In this document: positions 35,791 to 48,207 of the stretch, piece after piece
How positions within the stretch are numbered: position 1 is the first letter of the stretch
Layout of the letters: every line of letters begins with the position of its first letter
DNA from: Malacoraja senta
Taxonomy: Eukaryota
Assembly: GCA_038087875.1 (NCBI GenBank)
Contig: CM075991.1
Location: 1,054,001 to 1,118,000 of the forward strand
Length of the DNA: 64,000 nucleotides
Reading direction: 5' to 3'
The notes under the pieces: model-generated
What the model saw: the letters and a program-made list of their open reading frames with translations, nothing else
Told to the model about the DNA's origin: nothing
Databases searched by the model: none
Program-made: the position numbers and the translations under genes

Positions 35791-36119
35791 ATCCTTTAAG
35801 AAATTTCAGGTTGACATCTCCAGTTTCCACAGTTGCTACCTGACTGCTGAATGCTTCCCACACTTACTGCTTATATTTTCAAGCTAATTATTTCATCCTA
35901 CCTTGGCTTTCTTCATCATCTTCAGACCCGCCATTTCAAAAGCAGTGGCACTCTCTGGATCAGAAGCAGTAAATGCCCATGCAGAAGGTGCTCCCTCTTG
36001 CAAATGCTCCCTTCTTTCACTTGGTAACATACCTGCAACATTAGAAACTCTGGGTTAACACAAAACACTGGGTACACATTACATATATAATTCAGCACAA
36101 ACCTTTGATGAAAAGTCAC

Positions 36120-36880
36120 TCTCGAATCAGCATCAATTGTGTGGATGTGGAAATGATTGACGCTTCAAGTTCCCTGGCGTAAATATTACCAATGATCTGT
36201 GGTGGACTAATCACATTGATGCGACAGCCAAGAAGGCACACCAACGCAACCTAGTTCCTGAGGAAATTCGGCATATCTCCAGTGACTCTTACAAATGTAT
36301 ACAGATGTACCAAAAAAAGCATGCTGTTGGGTTGCATCACCCTTGGTTGCAAGACCACAGGAAATTACAGAGAGATGTAGATGTAATCTAATCTATCACA
36401 CAGACCAGCCTACCCGCCATTGACTTCTACACTTCAAGCTGCCTCGGAAAAGCAGCCAGCATAATCAAAGACTCGTCCCATCCTGGATATTCCTTCTTCT
36501 CCCTGCTCTTGAATGACAGAAGGTACAGAAACTTGAAAGCGCACACCACCAGACTCAGCAACAGCTTCTTCCCCTCCATTATCAGGCATCCGAATACGCT
36601 AGGGTACTGTTTGATACAGCTCTAATGGATTTCAGACATCGGCCTTTGTCTAAGGAACTGATTCGCTGCAATGCTGAGAACCAAAGATACTAGAGCTCTA
36701 CGATCTTTGCTGAGAACCATGTTCTGCAGTTTGTATCTTCCCCTTTGCTCTATCTGTGTACTTGAGTTTGAACTAATTGTTTCTATGTACGGTAGATCTG
36801 ATCTGTTTGGATAACATGCAAAACAAACCTTATCACTGTGCCTCGGTAAATGTGCCAATACTAAAGCTAAAAGCTAAACT
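36120..36880 (+). mobile_element. Old Rex1/Babar-like LINE 3' fragment
   Basis: KAASIIKDSSHPGYSFFSLL...RRYRNLKAHTTRLSNSFFP remnant. (CTAAA)n-like tail. Confidence 0.7.
36674..36717. other. 28-bp TIR-only insert with 8-bp TSD (putative transposon excision footprint)
   Basis: ctgagaac-CAAAGATACTAGAGCTCTACGATCTTTG-ctgagaac. Confidence 0.85.
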
Positions 36881-36944
36881 TAATGCATTGGCTCTGACTC
36901 ATTCTACAAATGTGTTGCTTGACCGGCTGAATGTTTCCAGTAAT

Positions 36945-37887
36945 TTTATTATTTATTTAATTCTTTATTTCGAACAGAATAAAAGAATAAAAAGCAAGTG
37001 TGAAACAGCATACAAAAAACAAAACAAGAATATTTATAAAGTGTCATAAACAATATCTATAAATAAATGAAATCGTATGTGTCCGAAAAGGATCAGGAAG
37101 AAGCCAAAGCTTATTAATTCCCACCCCTTATTCAACTGCTTATAATTCTCTTATACAAATTTAGCAGCTATATGTACACCATAAGCTATATGTACACCAA
37201 ATTATTTACATTTATACACTAATCAAATATTTACAAAGCCATACAAAAAAGAGAGAAAAAAATAAAAAAGAAAAGAAAAAACCCTCATCTACTATAGTAT
37301 CTCTTATATATACAACCCATCACCCTATAATCACCCTTCCCAATACAATCAGTATAACAAATATCCCACTCACAATCACCTATCCTCATCCCAATATCCT
37401 TTTAAAAAAAAGTGTTTTTGTACATCTGTTTAAACTGAATTATGTTTGTGCTAAGTTTTATCTCCTGTTCCAGACCATTCCACAAATTCACACCACAGAT
37501 TGCTATGCACATACTTTTAAGAGTTGTTCTGACATTGAGTTTTTTAAAATTATTTTCCCCTCTCAAATTATACCCACCCTGTCTTTCCATAAACAGTTTT
37601 TGTATATTTCTTGGAAGTAAATTATTTCTTGCTTTGTACATGATTTGTGCAGTCTTAAATTTAACCAGATCGGTGAACTTCAGTGCAAAGATTATAGCTC
37701 CTCTAGTATCTTTGCTTCAGTGTATGTGTCTTTAAGAATAATAAATTGGTATGTTCAAGATATCCAACATTATTGATAATTCTTATTGCTCTTTCTTGTA
37801 ATGTGCATAACAGCTGTAGGTTGGTTTTGTAGGTATTACCCCATATCTCCACACAGTAACTCAGATATGGCAATATGAGTGTATTAT
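36945..37887 (-). mobile_element. L2/Crack-like LINE 3' fragment
   Basis: YNTLILPYLSYCVEIWGNTYKTNL..LQERAIRII..EHTNLLFL..MYKARNNLLP..GVNLWNGL. (AAAT)n tail. Cut at the inversion breakpoint. Confidence 0.8.
37678..37722. other. 29-bp TIR-only insert with 8-bp TSD (putative transposon excision footprint)
   Basis: cttcagtg-CAAAGATTATAGCTCCTCTAGTATCTTTG-cttcagtg. Removal restores the LINE frame THTLK-FTDLVKFK. Confidence 0.88.
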
Positions 37888-38669
37888 ACGTCAGCACAAA
37901 CACATGTGAGCTCACTTCCCTCTTTCACTCTATTTTGCAAACTTTAATGTTACCAATTCTTTTAAGTCAGATTCTTACTGTGAATTCTGCATAAATATAA
38001 CGTCAGTGTAAGCAAATTTATTGCAAAGGTCTACAACAATTCTTTTTTCCAAAATCTTGCAAGCCTCCAGATTATAAATGTAAGTTGTGCATTGGTTAAT
38101 CTCACACATGTGCATTCAAATATGTGCACATGGATGTTTAGTTATGCATTAGTCATGTGTACACATTGACCCTCTTGGCAGACGTATGATATAAGACACA
38201 GCCACTCAAAGGTTAAAATGTGATCTAGAAGCTTGAATGATTTACATATAAAACTGCCTTGGGTATCAGAGAACAGGAGCAATAAGGTTAACTGACCTTT
38301 CCAATTTCCTCTATTCCTACAAAAGCTCTGTGCAACCAGGAAAGAATTGTGAAATTACATCACTATTACATAGTTGGAAGTCTGAAGAAAGCCCCCAAGT
38401 GAAGCTTTGTCTGTCCATTCCGTCTTCAGATGCTGCCTGACCCACTGACTTTATACAGCACTTTGTATTTTGCTCAAGATTGCTCATCTGTAGTTCCTCA
38501 AGTCTCCATATTTGGCAGTTGTTGTTTTTGGAATACAATTGAAGATGTTGAAGCATATGTATGACATGTTGTTTTGCAATTTGAGAGTTTTGAAGTTCAT
38601 GTGTGACATTGTACCTCAGCGGATTCCATTACATCAGAGTAGTTCAGTAACATCCTAACCAAGGTCTAA

Positions 38670-38886
38670 AGGGCCTGTCCCACTTTCATGACCTAATTCA
38701 CGACCTTTTTTACTCGTGGACATTTTTCATCAGGCTAGAAAAACGCCCCGACCTACTTGATGCCACGAGTACCTACGACTAGCATCACGACCTACCTACG
38801 ACCTTGTGACGACCATGCTGCGAGTATGAGTCAAGGACAAACTCGGCAGAGGTCGTGAATTAGCTCGTGAAAGTGGGACAGGACCT
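38670..38886. mobile_element. PIF/Harbinger MITE (duplicated copy)
   Basis: agggcctgtcccact...agtgggacaggacct with TAA TSD. Confidence 0.88.
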
Positions 38887-39657
38887 TAAGGGTTAACTCG
38901 TGGCACATGACAACACTTAATTTGGCCCACTAAAAGGAGGCACCCCTGAGGGTATTTACAGAGGTTTAACAGCATGCATGTCTCAAAACACAATGTGCAG
39001 TAGAATAGGCTCTTCCTCACCAATCATTTGGTGTTGTGGTGCATGGAGATTACACGGGAAGTGCTTGATGACCAGGCTGAGGTTTGGGGGTATGATGGTG
39101 GTGTAGAGGTTTGGGGTGGATGTAGCAGGTTTGGACAGCCCTTATAGATGGTTACAGTGACTGGAGGAGGGATGTCAAATTAATAGGGAAGGGCATGCAA
39201 GGACAGCTGATCCTCAGTGACAGGAAGAGCAGATGAATGGGAAAGATTGGAAGGAGAAGCAAGGAAGTTGACGGTTGTTGAAGGGAATATGGCGAGTATG
39301 TGTTTACGGGGGGTTCACACAGGTGTTTACGGGGGGTTCTCGCAGGTGTTTAATGCTGGGATATTTTGAGGACAACTGGAGGGTGGAAGGTGTTGTTGGG
39401 ATAATGATGGAAAGTTACAGAGGTTACTGAACTGTACCTCAGCTCCCCTGGCTGTAGCCCAGGTGGTCTCAAGTCATAGAGTCATACAACAAAGAACCAG
39501 GTCCCACCTTGCCCATGCAGATCAAGGTGCCCCTTTTATGCTAGCCCCACCTGCCTACGCTTGGCCCACCTATCCATCTGTTTTCTATCTATATCTATTC
39601 TATATTCTATCTATCTATATATCTTCTATCTATCTTCTATCTATATTCTATTCTATA

Positions 39658-40546
39658 TCTATACTATTACTAAAAATCCCATCTTGACCACTTCCGTTCT
39701 GCTTTGTTTTTAAATTTGCACAAAAATGGTACCCACCCACACCCCCCCCCCCCACCCCACTCCCCTTGCACACCCACACGCACCCAGCGGTAGGCCACGG
39801 CAGCGGCAGGCCATGGTAGTGCTCCCCCCCACCGGCTGCTGCCTGAGGCCATCCCCCTCCCCCCCACCAGTCCTTGCCTGAAGCCGTCCCCCTGCCCTGG
39901 ATGCCCGACAGACCACGCCTGAAGCTGTCCTCATCCCCCAGCTGCAGGAAGCACGCCCCCCCCACCGGCCCCGACAACCCCAGCCTGAAGCTGCCCCCCT
40001 GCTCTCACTGCAGGACCCTCCCCCACGGGCCCCCGACAACCCCCGCCTGAAGCCATCCCTCTCTCCCAGCTGCCGGATGCTCCCCCCTCCCCCACCGGCT
40101 CCGACAGCCCCCGCCTGAAGCCGTGCCACTCCCCTGGCTGTAGGACGCACCCCCCCTCACCGGCGCCCCACAGCCCCCGCCTGAAGCCGTGCCCCTCCCC
40201 CGGCTGCAGGACGCTTCCACCCCCCCCGACAGCCCACGCCTGAAGCCTTCCCTCTCCGCGGATGTAGGACATTTGTAGGGTAGGGGAAAGGAGAGGGAGA
40301 GGTGAGGGAGGGATTGGGGGAGGGGAGGAGAGGGGAAGGATGAGGGAGGGTGAAGAGGAGAGGGAGGGAGTGCTGGAGGATGAGGGGAAATGAGCTGCGC
40401 CTGCGCAGTTAGGGGCTATGGATGAGTGATGGAATATTGCGTTGGGAGAACGGGTGAGTGGTGGAATATTGCGTTGGGGAATGGGGTGCATTGGGGGGAC
40501 CAGGCCTCCCGTGTGACTGGGACCCAACGGGTCCCACTTAGTCTAG
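39658..40546 (+). mobile_element. Chimeric Helitron (unit d 5' end fused to unit c) in the inverted arm
   Basis: TCTATACTATTACTAAAA ... gggacccaacgggtcccacttagtCTAG|T. Confidence 0.85.
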
Positions 40547-41637
40547 TATATTACTAAAATAAATTAACTTGTTTGTGAGTCTGCCTGTCTGTGATTCAGA
40601 GATGCCCTGAACTACACCAAAATGGTACATGATAGCGCTATAATTTTTGCGCCACCTTACTCACAATTGTCTTGTGGTGTGTTTTTTTTATCAAGTTTGG
40701 TTCAGATTGATGTTATATTTTGCAAGTTATTCACATTTTTACCTTTACAAAATCTCACTTTGAGAAATCTAACTTTATTACATGACTAGTATTGTCAGTG
40801 GGGTGATGGAGAAAGTAGCAGCTATGATCACCAAACTATTGGATTGTTATGAAAACCCATCTGGCTCACTACTGAACTTCAAGGAAAGAAGCTGTCATCT
40901 GTCAGTCTGAGAAGGGTCTCAAACCTGAAATGTCCTCAGTCCACTTCCCTCCACAGATGCTGCCTGACCCACTGAGTTTGCCTTTTGCTCAAGATTCCAA
41001 CATCTGCAGTCTTTTTGTGTACCCATACCTTGTGTGGCCTTGATGTGACTCTAGCTTCACCAAACTCTGAAATGCTGTTCAGTAGAATACAAGAGTTTAA
41101 AGCAGGAGCTGGCCATTCAGTCTCTAATTTCCGTACTGTAACTCAGTAAAATAATGTCTGATTCTCTACTCCAAATACTGTTTTCCTACCATATGCCCCA
41201 GAATTCGAACATTGAAACACCATCCACATCAGTTTTGAACGTAATGATGAATGACTGTGTCTCCACCAACCTCTGGGTAAGAGAATCACAAATATATTCA
41301 CTATGCTTTAAATTAAGAAATGGCTCTTCACTTCTGGTTTTGATACTGTATCTCCCTACCTCTGGAATCCTTTGCCTGTGAAAACATCCCTCCTGTACTT
41401 AGGCTCGTTCATGATTCACAGTGCTTTGTTTTCACCTTTTTGAAAAAGTTGGCATTACTTGTTCCTGCCTATGCTCTAAGTGTTTTGTGTATTTCCACCC
41501 CCAGATCCCTCTGATCATCTTCTCTACTGAGACATTTTTCAAGAATTGTGTAGTCCCCTTATTCTTTTAACCAAAACAAACCATCTCACGCTTTTCACCG
41601 TTTATGCTCTTTACCTGCTCATTCTACATTTTAAAAA

Positions 41638-41935
41638 GTTTTTAGAGATACAGCGCGAAACAGACCGAGTCTGCACCGACCAGCGATCCCCGCACATTAA
41701 CACTATCCTGCACACACTAGGAACAATTTACACATACACTAAGCCAATTAACCTACTTACCTGTACGTCTTTTAGTGTGAGAGGAAACCGAAGATCTCAG
41801 AGAAAACCCACTCGGTCATGGGGTGAACATACAAACTCCGTACAGATAAGCACCCATAGTCGGAATCAGACCCGTGTCTCCGGCGCTGCAAGGGCTGTAA
41901 GGCAGCAACTCTACTGCTGCACCACCGTGCCGCCC
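41638..41935 (-). mobile_element. tRNA-derived V-SINE (HE1-like)
   Basis: Same family as 7038-7322. Confidence 0.85.
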
Positions 41936-43209
41936 ACTATCTATCTATGTGCTCCTATGGCACAACTCTGAATTTAGCGTCTCTTGCAATTTTTTTTTAT
42001 TTTACTTCCAAATCCAGAGTTCAAAGCATTTGCATAGAACAGAATTTCTCATCTTTTTGCCAAACTTTGTATTTCCTATTTGTCCCTGTGTTCCGTATCA
42101 TTCTGGCCCCGATCAGAGGTACGCTCAAAATGTTTTTCAGAAATCTAAATAGATTTAGATTTAGATCTAAATCTACAGCGTGACTCTAAGCTATCCTAGC
42201 AATTACTTCTACAAAGAATTATGTACTTTTCAATGAGATCATCTCTTAATCTAGTAAACCAGACAAAAGACTTAGCCTACTCAATTCCTTCTCACATAAT
42301 GGACCCACTATTCTAGGAACAAGACTGATTAATCTTCACAGCACTCCATTTAATGCTAATATGTGTGTTTTTGGATGGAGAGACTGAAGTGCATAATTCT
42401 GTAGGTATAGTGTTACAAAGGCCCTATATTATTGTACATCACCCCTGTGACTGTGTTTTTATAATTGCAATTATGTTACAATCATTTATGACGTACAATT
42501 AATTGTTCCACATTGTCATGGATGCAGTGAATACTTAGACATACTGTAGGTGACTTTTGATCTCGTTGCTGCTTGCCTTTCATTGAGCTGCCTTTTCATC
42601 TTGCTTTGTACATTTGAAAAACTTCTACTTCCAGATGTTTCTCTACGCCCCATTCAGATTCCCATAAGCAAATGCCCCATCTAAGTCCCAATTCTGTTAA
42701 GAGTAACCTATTTGACGTCCCCAGTTCCCCAGAAATGATGCCTACATCTCACAAATCTAAAGCCCTCCTTCCTGTGCCATCCCTTCAGCTACCCATCATT
42801 TGCTCTATTCCCCCATAGCAGTTGGCACTGGGACTCATCCTGAGATTACAATCTTTATGAGGTCCTGCTTTCTGAACTGCCTAAATTCTGTTTCTGGGAC
42901 CGCATACTTCCTTCCATCTATTGTGTTGGTTACAATGCGGACAACCTTTGTTTCCTCTCTACTATACCACCAGCACTTCATTGAACCAGAAAATTAGTTC
43001 AATTGTGCGATCAAGCTAAGTACCAAATTCAGAGACAGCAAAGGTGCCCCTATTCCAATCAAACTTGCAAAGTCTTCCTCACAAACTTCTGTGGAATGGT
43101 GTATTGACACTAGTCAAGCTCCAGCCTGACAGAGTCATATTCACAGAATCACAATTTAGATTCCAGATAGTGTCAAGATGCCAGACTGCTCCATCACAAT
43201 CTGGAATGT

Positions 43210-43392
43210 GTTCTCTGCCACAGAAGGTAGTTGAGGCCAGTTCATTGGTTATATTTCAGAGGGAGTTAGATGTGGCCCTTGTGGCTAAAGGGATCAGGGG
43301 GTATGGAGAGAAGGCAGGTACAGGATACTGAGTTGGATGATCATCCATGATCATATTGAAGGGCCGAATGGCCTACTCCTATGTTTCTATGT
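43210..43392 (+). mobile_element. CR1 3' tail
   Basis: SLPQKVVEASSL..KGIRGYGEKAGTGY, then a tttctatg tail. Confidence 0.9.
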
Positions 43393-43788
43393 GTTCTACT
43401 CGGGATGGCTGCAGAGTGTGGGTTGGAGGGAGTGAAAAGCATTTGAAGTCTTAACACTGACTTTTGACTCCATGATGTCTTGTGGCATCAGGACAGACAT
43501 GGGCGATGTAACCTTTTTCAGATTGTCAGATCCTCAGCTGATGAGCAATATTTGAAAGTAACATTGAAAGCAGCGATGCCACAGGTGCACTCTTGAGTGG
43601 AAGAGTTCAAAGTCTATCATCAAAAGAACAAATGTGTTATCTTTTGAACAACATAGCTGCTAAGCTAGATCTTTCCATCGTTAGGAATGTGAATAAACAC
43701 TCTCTAATTGATAGGATCTAGCCCTGTTTACTTGGTTTTCTCTCAATACCCCTATAAATGGTTTCACCACCAGCACACCATCATTGAA

Positions 43789-44085
43789 GTTTAATTTAGT
43801 TTATTTTAGAGATACAGCGGAGAAACAGGCACTTCGGCCCACCAAGTCCCTGCCGACCTGCGATCCACACACATTAACACTATCCTACACTCACTGGGGA
43901 CAATTTACAATTTTACCGAAGCTAATTAACCGACAAATCTGTATATTATTTGGAGTATGGGAGGAAACCGAAGCACCTGGAGAAAACCCACGCAAGTCAC
44001 GGGGAGAACATCAAAACTCGGTACGGACAACACCCGTAGTCAGGATCAAATCTGGGTCTCTGGCACCGTAAGGCAATAACTCTAC
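43789..44085 (-). mobile_element. tRNA-derived V-SINE (HE1-like)
   Basis: Same family as 7038-7322. Confidence 0.85.
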
Positions 44086-44128
44086 CATCTGCAGTGTGGG
44101 TCATCCACAAAATGCATTAGAGTAGCTA

Positions 44129-44164
44129 GTCTATGCCAAAGATCCTACAGGATCTTTGGTCTAT
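44129..44164. other. 22-bp TIR-only insert (third putative footprint)
   Basis: gtctatgc-CAAAGATCCTACAGGATCTTTG-gtctat. The second TSD copy is interrupted by the 44165-45124 insertion and resumes as 'atgc' at ~45127. Confidence 0.7.
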
Positions 44165-45124
44165 AATAATAATAATAATAGATTTTATTTATGGGCGCCT
44201 ATACAAAAGTCTCAAGGACACCTTACAAAATTTAACAAAGAAACATATAATCAGAGTAAAATAAGTTATAAAGACATCATCAATACACAAATTAAAGACA
44301 GAAATTCGATCCAAAAAAAACAACAAAATTCAGAAACACAATGTGAAGAGAGAGCAGCGGCAGCCAAACCGCGCCAGCGTCCACTCTCCCTTCCAACCGC
44401 CATCTTGGACATAGACTAACATAGACACTACACACTACACACAAAATCATCCCCCCACAATGGTTACCACTGTGGGGGAAGGTACAATGTCCAGTCACCG
44501 ACCCCAGTTCTCCCCAAAGTCAGGCCTATTGAGGCCTCCACAGTTGCCTCTACGGAGGCCCGATGTTCCTGGCCATTCTCGCCGGGTGCAGTTGCCCCGG
44601 CATCGGGAGAGTCCTCGCAGCGGCTGGGACGGCCGATTTCCTACCGGAATCCGTGGCACCTGAAGCTGACAAGGCCGTGCCGATTTGGAGCTCCGAGGCT
44701 CCCGATGTTAGAGTCGGCGCCGCCGCCCGCGGCTGGCCGCTCCACAGACCCGCAGCCTGGAGGTGTTGAGCTCGGCGGTCACAGCTGACCGCCCCGTCGA
44801 CCCAGGCAAGGCATCGCCCGCTCCGCTCCGCGATAGCGCTCCAGCGCTGTGCCGCCACCGAAGCTGAAGGTGCTGGGCAGTCCCCGCCAGAAAACGCCGC
44901 TCCAGGCCCGATGGTAGGCCGCAGGGACGGGTCGACGGGGCAGCCCAGAGAAAAAGCTGCCTCACCGACCAGGTAGGGACCTAGAAAGTAGTTTCCCCCT
45001 TACCCCCCCACATGAAAAGTCAAAATTCCCCAACATAGACTAAGAAAACTAAAAACTAAGAAAGAAAAGTGAATTTAACGGACGGCTGCTGGTTAGCAGC
45101 CGTTCCCCAAGATAGCTCCTCCTC
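44165..45124 (-). mobile_element. ~960-bp GC-rich non-coding retroposon with (ATT)n tail
   Basis: (aat)n plus 'gattttattt' tail at the left. CpG-rich body, no RT homology. It splits a pre-existing TSD. Confidence 0.6.
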
Positions 45125-45954
45125 AGATGCGACCCAAACATCTCTCAAACCTAAAGAAAATCTACCACAAAGAAGGATGAGTTCATGGGCACATAGCCAC
45201 CTGTAGGTTCCCATCAATGACTAGTTAATAAATCAGCATTTATTTATGGCCACTGGATCTAAATCCCGGAGCTCCCAACAGCATTGTTGAGTCCTTCACC
45301 GGACAGACTCCAACTACTTGAGGACAATAAATGCTAGTCTGAGTCACAAAAATAATTTAAAATATATATATATTAATTTCAGCGTAAAACTCAATGTTCT
45401 AGTAAATGTTCTCAAAATCTGATAATTCAGCATCACATATGTGAAATCAATATCATTTCCGAACACTCACCCCTTCCAGTTTTAGCGTTCTTTGGCATCA
45501 TCATTTACCAGCAACAAAATATACTGCGGCACCTCCCAAACTTGTGATCTTTATCACCAAAAAGGACAAGTCAGCAAGTGTATAAATCACCATTTCCTGA
45601 AGTTCTGTTCCAACACACCCATAATTCTGACGGAAATAATTCAATACACCATCATGACTGGATCTAAATTCTTAACACCCTCCTCATTGCTGGGTGGCAC
45701 CTCAGATGAAAGCCCACAGCTGTTCAAGCCAGCGGCTATTCTCAAAGCCATTTTCTAAAGCCAATTAGGGATGGGCATGAAACGTTGTTAAAGAGATAAG
45801 ACAATCTGTAGAGGCAGTCACAACACTCACATCACATGAACGCCAAGGTCAGAACTGTGTCCATTACGTGGTGAAAAGCCTCTGCAGAAACATGGACTTT
45901 TGCAGCTCCCCGTCTGGACTGACTTTCTTCTTTAATTTGATCACAATCTTCTGG

Positions 45955-47600
45955 TCAAGTCAAGTCAAGTTTATTCGTCACACACACATACCAGATGTGC
46001 AGTGAAATGAAAAGTGGCAATGCTCGCGGACTTTGTGCAAAAAACAAACAAACAAGCAAACAAACTACAAACAGAATGGAACAGAATCACATATTCTTTT
46101 ACATATTAAATATTGTGGGCAGAAGGAAAAAGGGGAAAAAAACAGCAATTTAAAAAACCTAGTAGAATGGTACAGTAAAGTTAGTCCCTGGTGAGATAGG
46201 CGTTTACAATCCTAATGGCCTCTGGGAAAAAACTCCTTCTCAACCTCTCTGTTCTCGCAGCATGGCAACGGAGGCGTTTGCCTGACCGTAGCAGCTGGAA
46301 CAGTCCGTTGCAGGGATGGAAGGGGTCTCCCATGATCTTATTGGCTCTGGAGGTGCACCTCCTGATGTATGGGCGAGTGAAGTTCCCATAGTGCGTTCGG
46401 CCGAACGCACTACTCTCTGCAGAGCCTTCTTGTCCTGGGCAGAGCAATTCCCAAACCAGATCGTGATATTTCCGGACAAGATGCTTTCCACAGCCGCTGA
46501 GTAGAAGCACTGGAGGACCCTCAGAGACACTCTGAATTTCCTCAATTGCCTGAGGTGGTAAAGGCGCTGCGTTGCCTTACTCACGAGTGCTGCAGCGTGT
46601 GATGTCCATGTTATATCCTCAGAGATGTGGACTCCCAGGTATTTAAAACAGCTCATCCTAACCACAGTATCCCCATTTATCCTCAATGGTGTGTACGTCC
46701 TCGGATGATGTGCCCTCCTAAAGTCCACGATGAGCTCCTTCGTTTTTTTGATGTTCAAGAGGAGGCTGTTGTCCTGACACCAGAGTGCCAGATCAGCCAC
46801 CTCCTCCCAGTAAGCCTTCTCATCGTTGTCTGAGATCAGGCCCACCACCAGTGTCATCAGCAAACTTGATTATCGAGTTGGAGCTGAACCTAGCCACACA
46901 GTCATGTGTGTACAGGGAGTACAGTAGGGGGCTGAGGACGCAGCCCTGGGGGGATCCTGTGCTCAGGGTGAGGGACTTCGATGTATTCCCTCCCATCTTG
47001 ACTACCTGGGGCCTGGCGGTGAGAAAGTCCAGGGCCCAGGCACACAGGGGGGTGTTGAGCCCTAATTCCAGTAGCTTCTCGGCCAGTCTGGTGGAGACTA
47101 TCGTGTTGAAGGCTGAACTGAAGTCTATGAACAGCATCCTCACGTAGCCCCCCTTCTGGCTGTCAAGAAGAGAAAGAGCGGTGTGCAAAACCTGGGAGAC
47201 CGCATCGTCCGTGGATCTGTTCGGACGGTTTGCGAATTGTAACGGGTCCATGTTGCGAGGTAGGAAGGAGCAGATGTGTTTCTTCACCAGCCTCTCAAAG
47301 CATTTCATGACTACCGAGTTGAGGGTAGTCATTCAGACAAGCTGGGGAGGCATTTTTAGGTACCAGTACAATGATGGATTTTTTGAAGCAGGCAGGGACC
47401 ACTGACTTGTCCAGGGAGAGGTTGAATATTGTAGTGAGCACCGGAGCTAGCTGAGTAGCACAGGACTTAAGTACTCGCCCCGAGATGCCATCGGGGCCTG
47501 CAGCTTTCCTCGTGTTCACCCGTGTCAGAGCCCTCCTCACATCATGCTCAGTGAATAGAGTAGTGGGCTGGGTGGGCATGTGGGTGTTCAGGCTGTGCAA
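45955..47600 (-). mobile_element. Rex1/Babar LINE, 5'-truncated, RT pseudogene
   Basis: [73 protein letters not shown]. (ACTTG)n tail. Confidence 0.92.
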
Positions 47601-47829
47601 TGCAGCCCAAATATGTTGATTTCAAAGGGGTAAGTAGTCTCTTGGACAATGCCAGACTGAATCCACAGAATGAGCGACTACTTCAGATCCTTTCCTTCTT
47701 TCCTCCTGTTCCTGAAAGGGTGACCTATTTTAGCCTACAGTTCTGTCACTCACTGTCTCCTCTTGAGTGCAATATACTTGTGCTAGACTTGGGTATTACT
47801 GTCGGTAGTACTGTCGCCACACGTAGATC

Positions 47830-48045
47830 AAAATGCAAAGTGATGGAGGACCTCAGCGAGTCAGGCAGCATCTGTGAAGGGAATAAATAGGGGATGTTTC
47901 GGATTGATGCCCTATTTACACTGAAGAAGGATTCTAGGTAAAACATCGCCTATCCATTTCCTCCAGAGATGCTGCCTGACCACTGAATTCTTCCAACACT
48001 TTATTTGTTATTTAAGATTCCAACATCTGCAGTTCCTTATGTCAC
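47830..48045. mobile_element. Degenerate inverted Penelope terminal fragments
   Basis: ctgaagaaggattctaggtaaacatc and flanks. Similar remnants at 22883-22968, 33500-33625, 38380-38500, 40905-41020 and 49570-49680. Confidence 0.6.
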
Positions 48046-48207
48046 CATACTTAAATCGTCTGGATTCCAATTCCCATTCCAGAGACTTAAGCACAAATAT
48101 TTAATATGAAATTCCAAAGCACTCAGTGATGATAGAGTCTTTTAGGCAAGGCATTAAATTGACGACTTTAGTCAGAAAGGGAGGGACGGAAGCAGGAAAC
48201 TATGTTA

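Larger units (their letters stand above)
37888..40768 (-). repeat. Inverted segmental duplicate of 28736-35333
   Basis: Reverse-complement match over unique DNA, MITE, TAGA run and Helitron. For example, ORFs 33448..33687(+) and 38317..38556(-) are near-identical. Confidence 0.95.
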
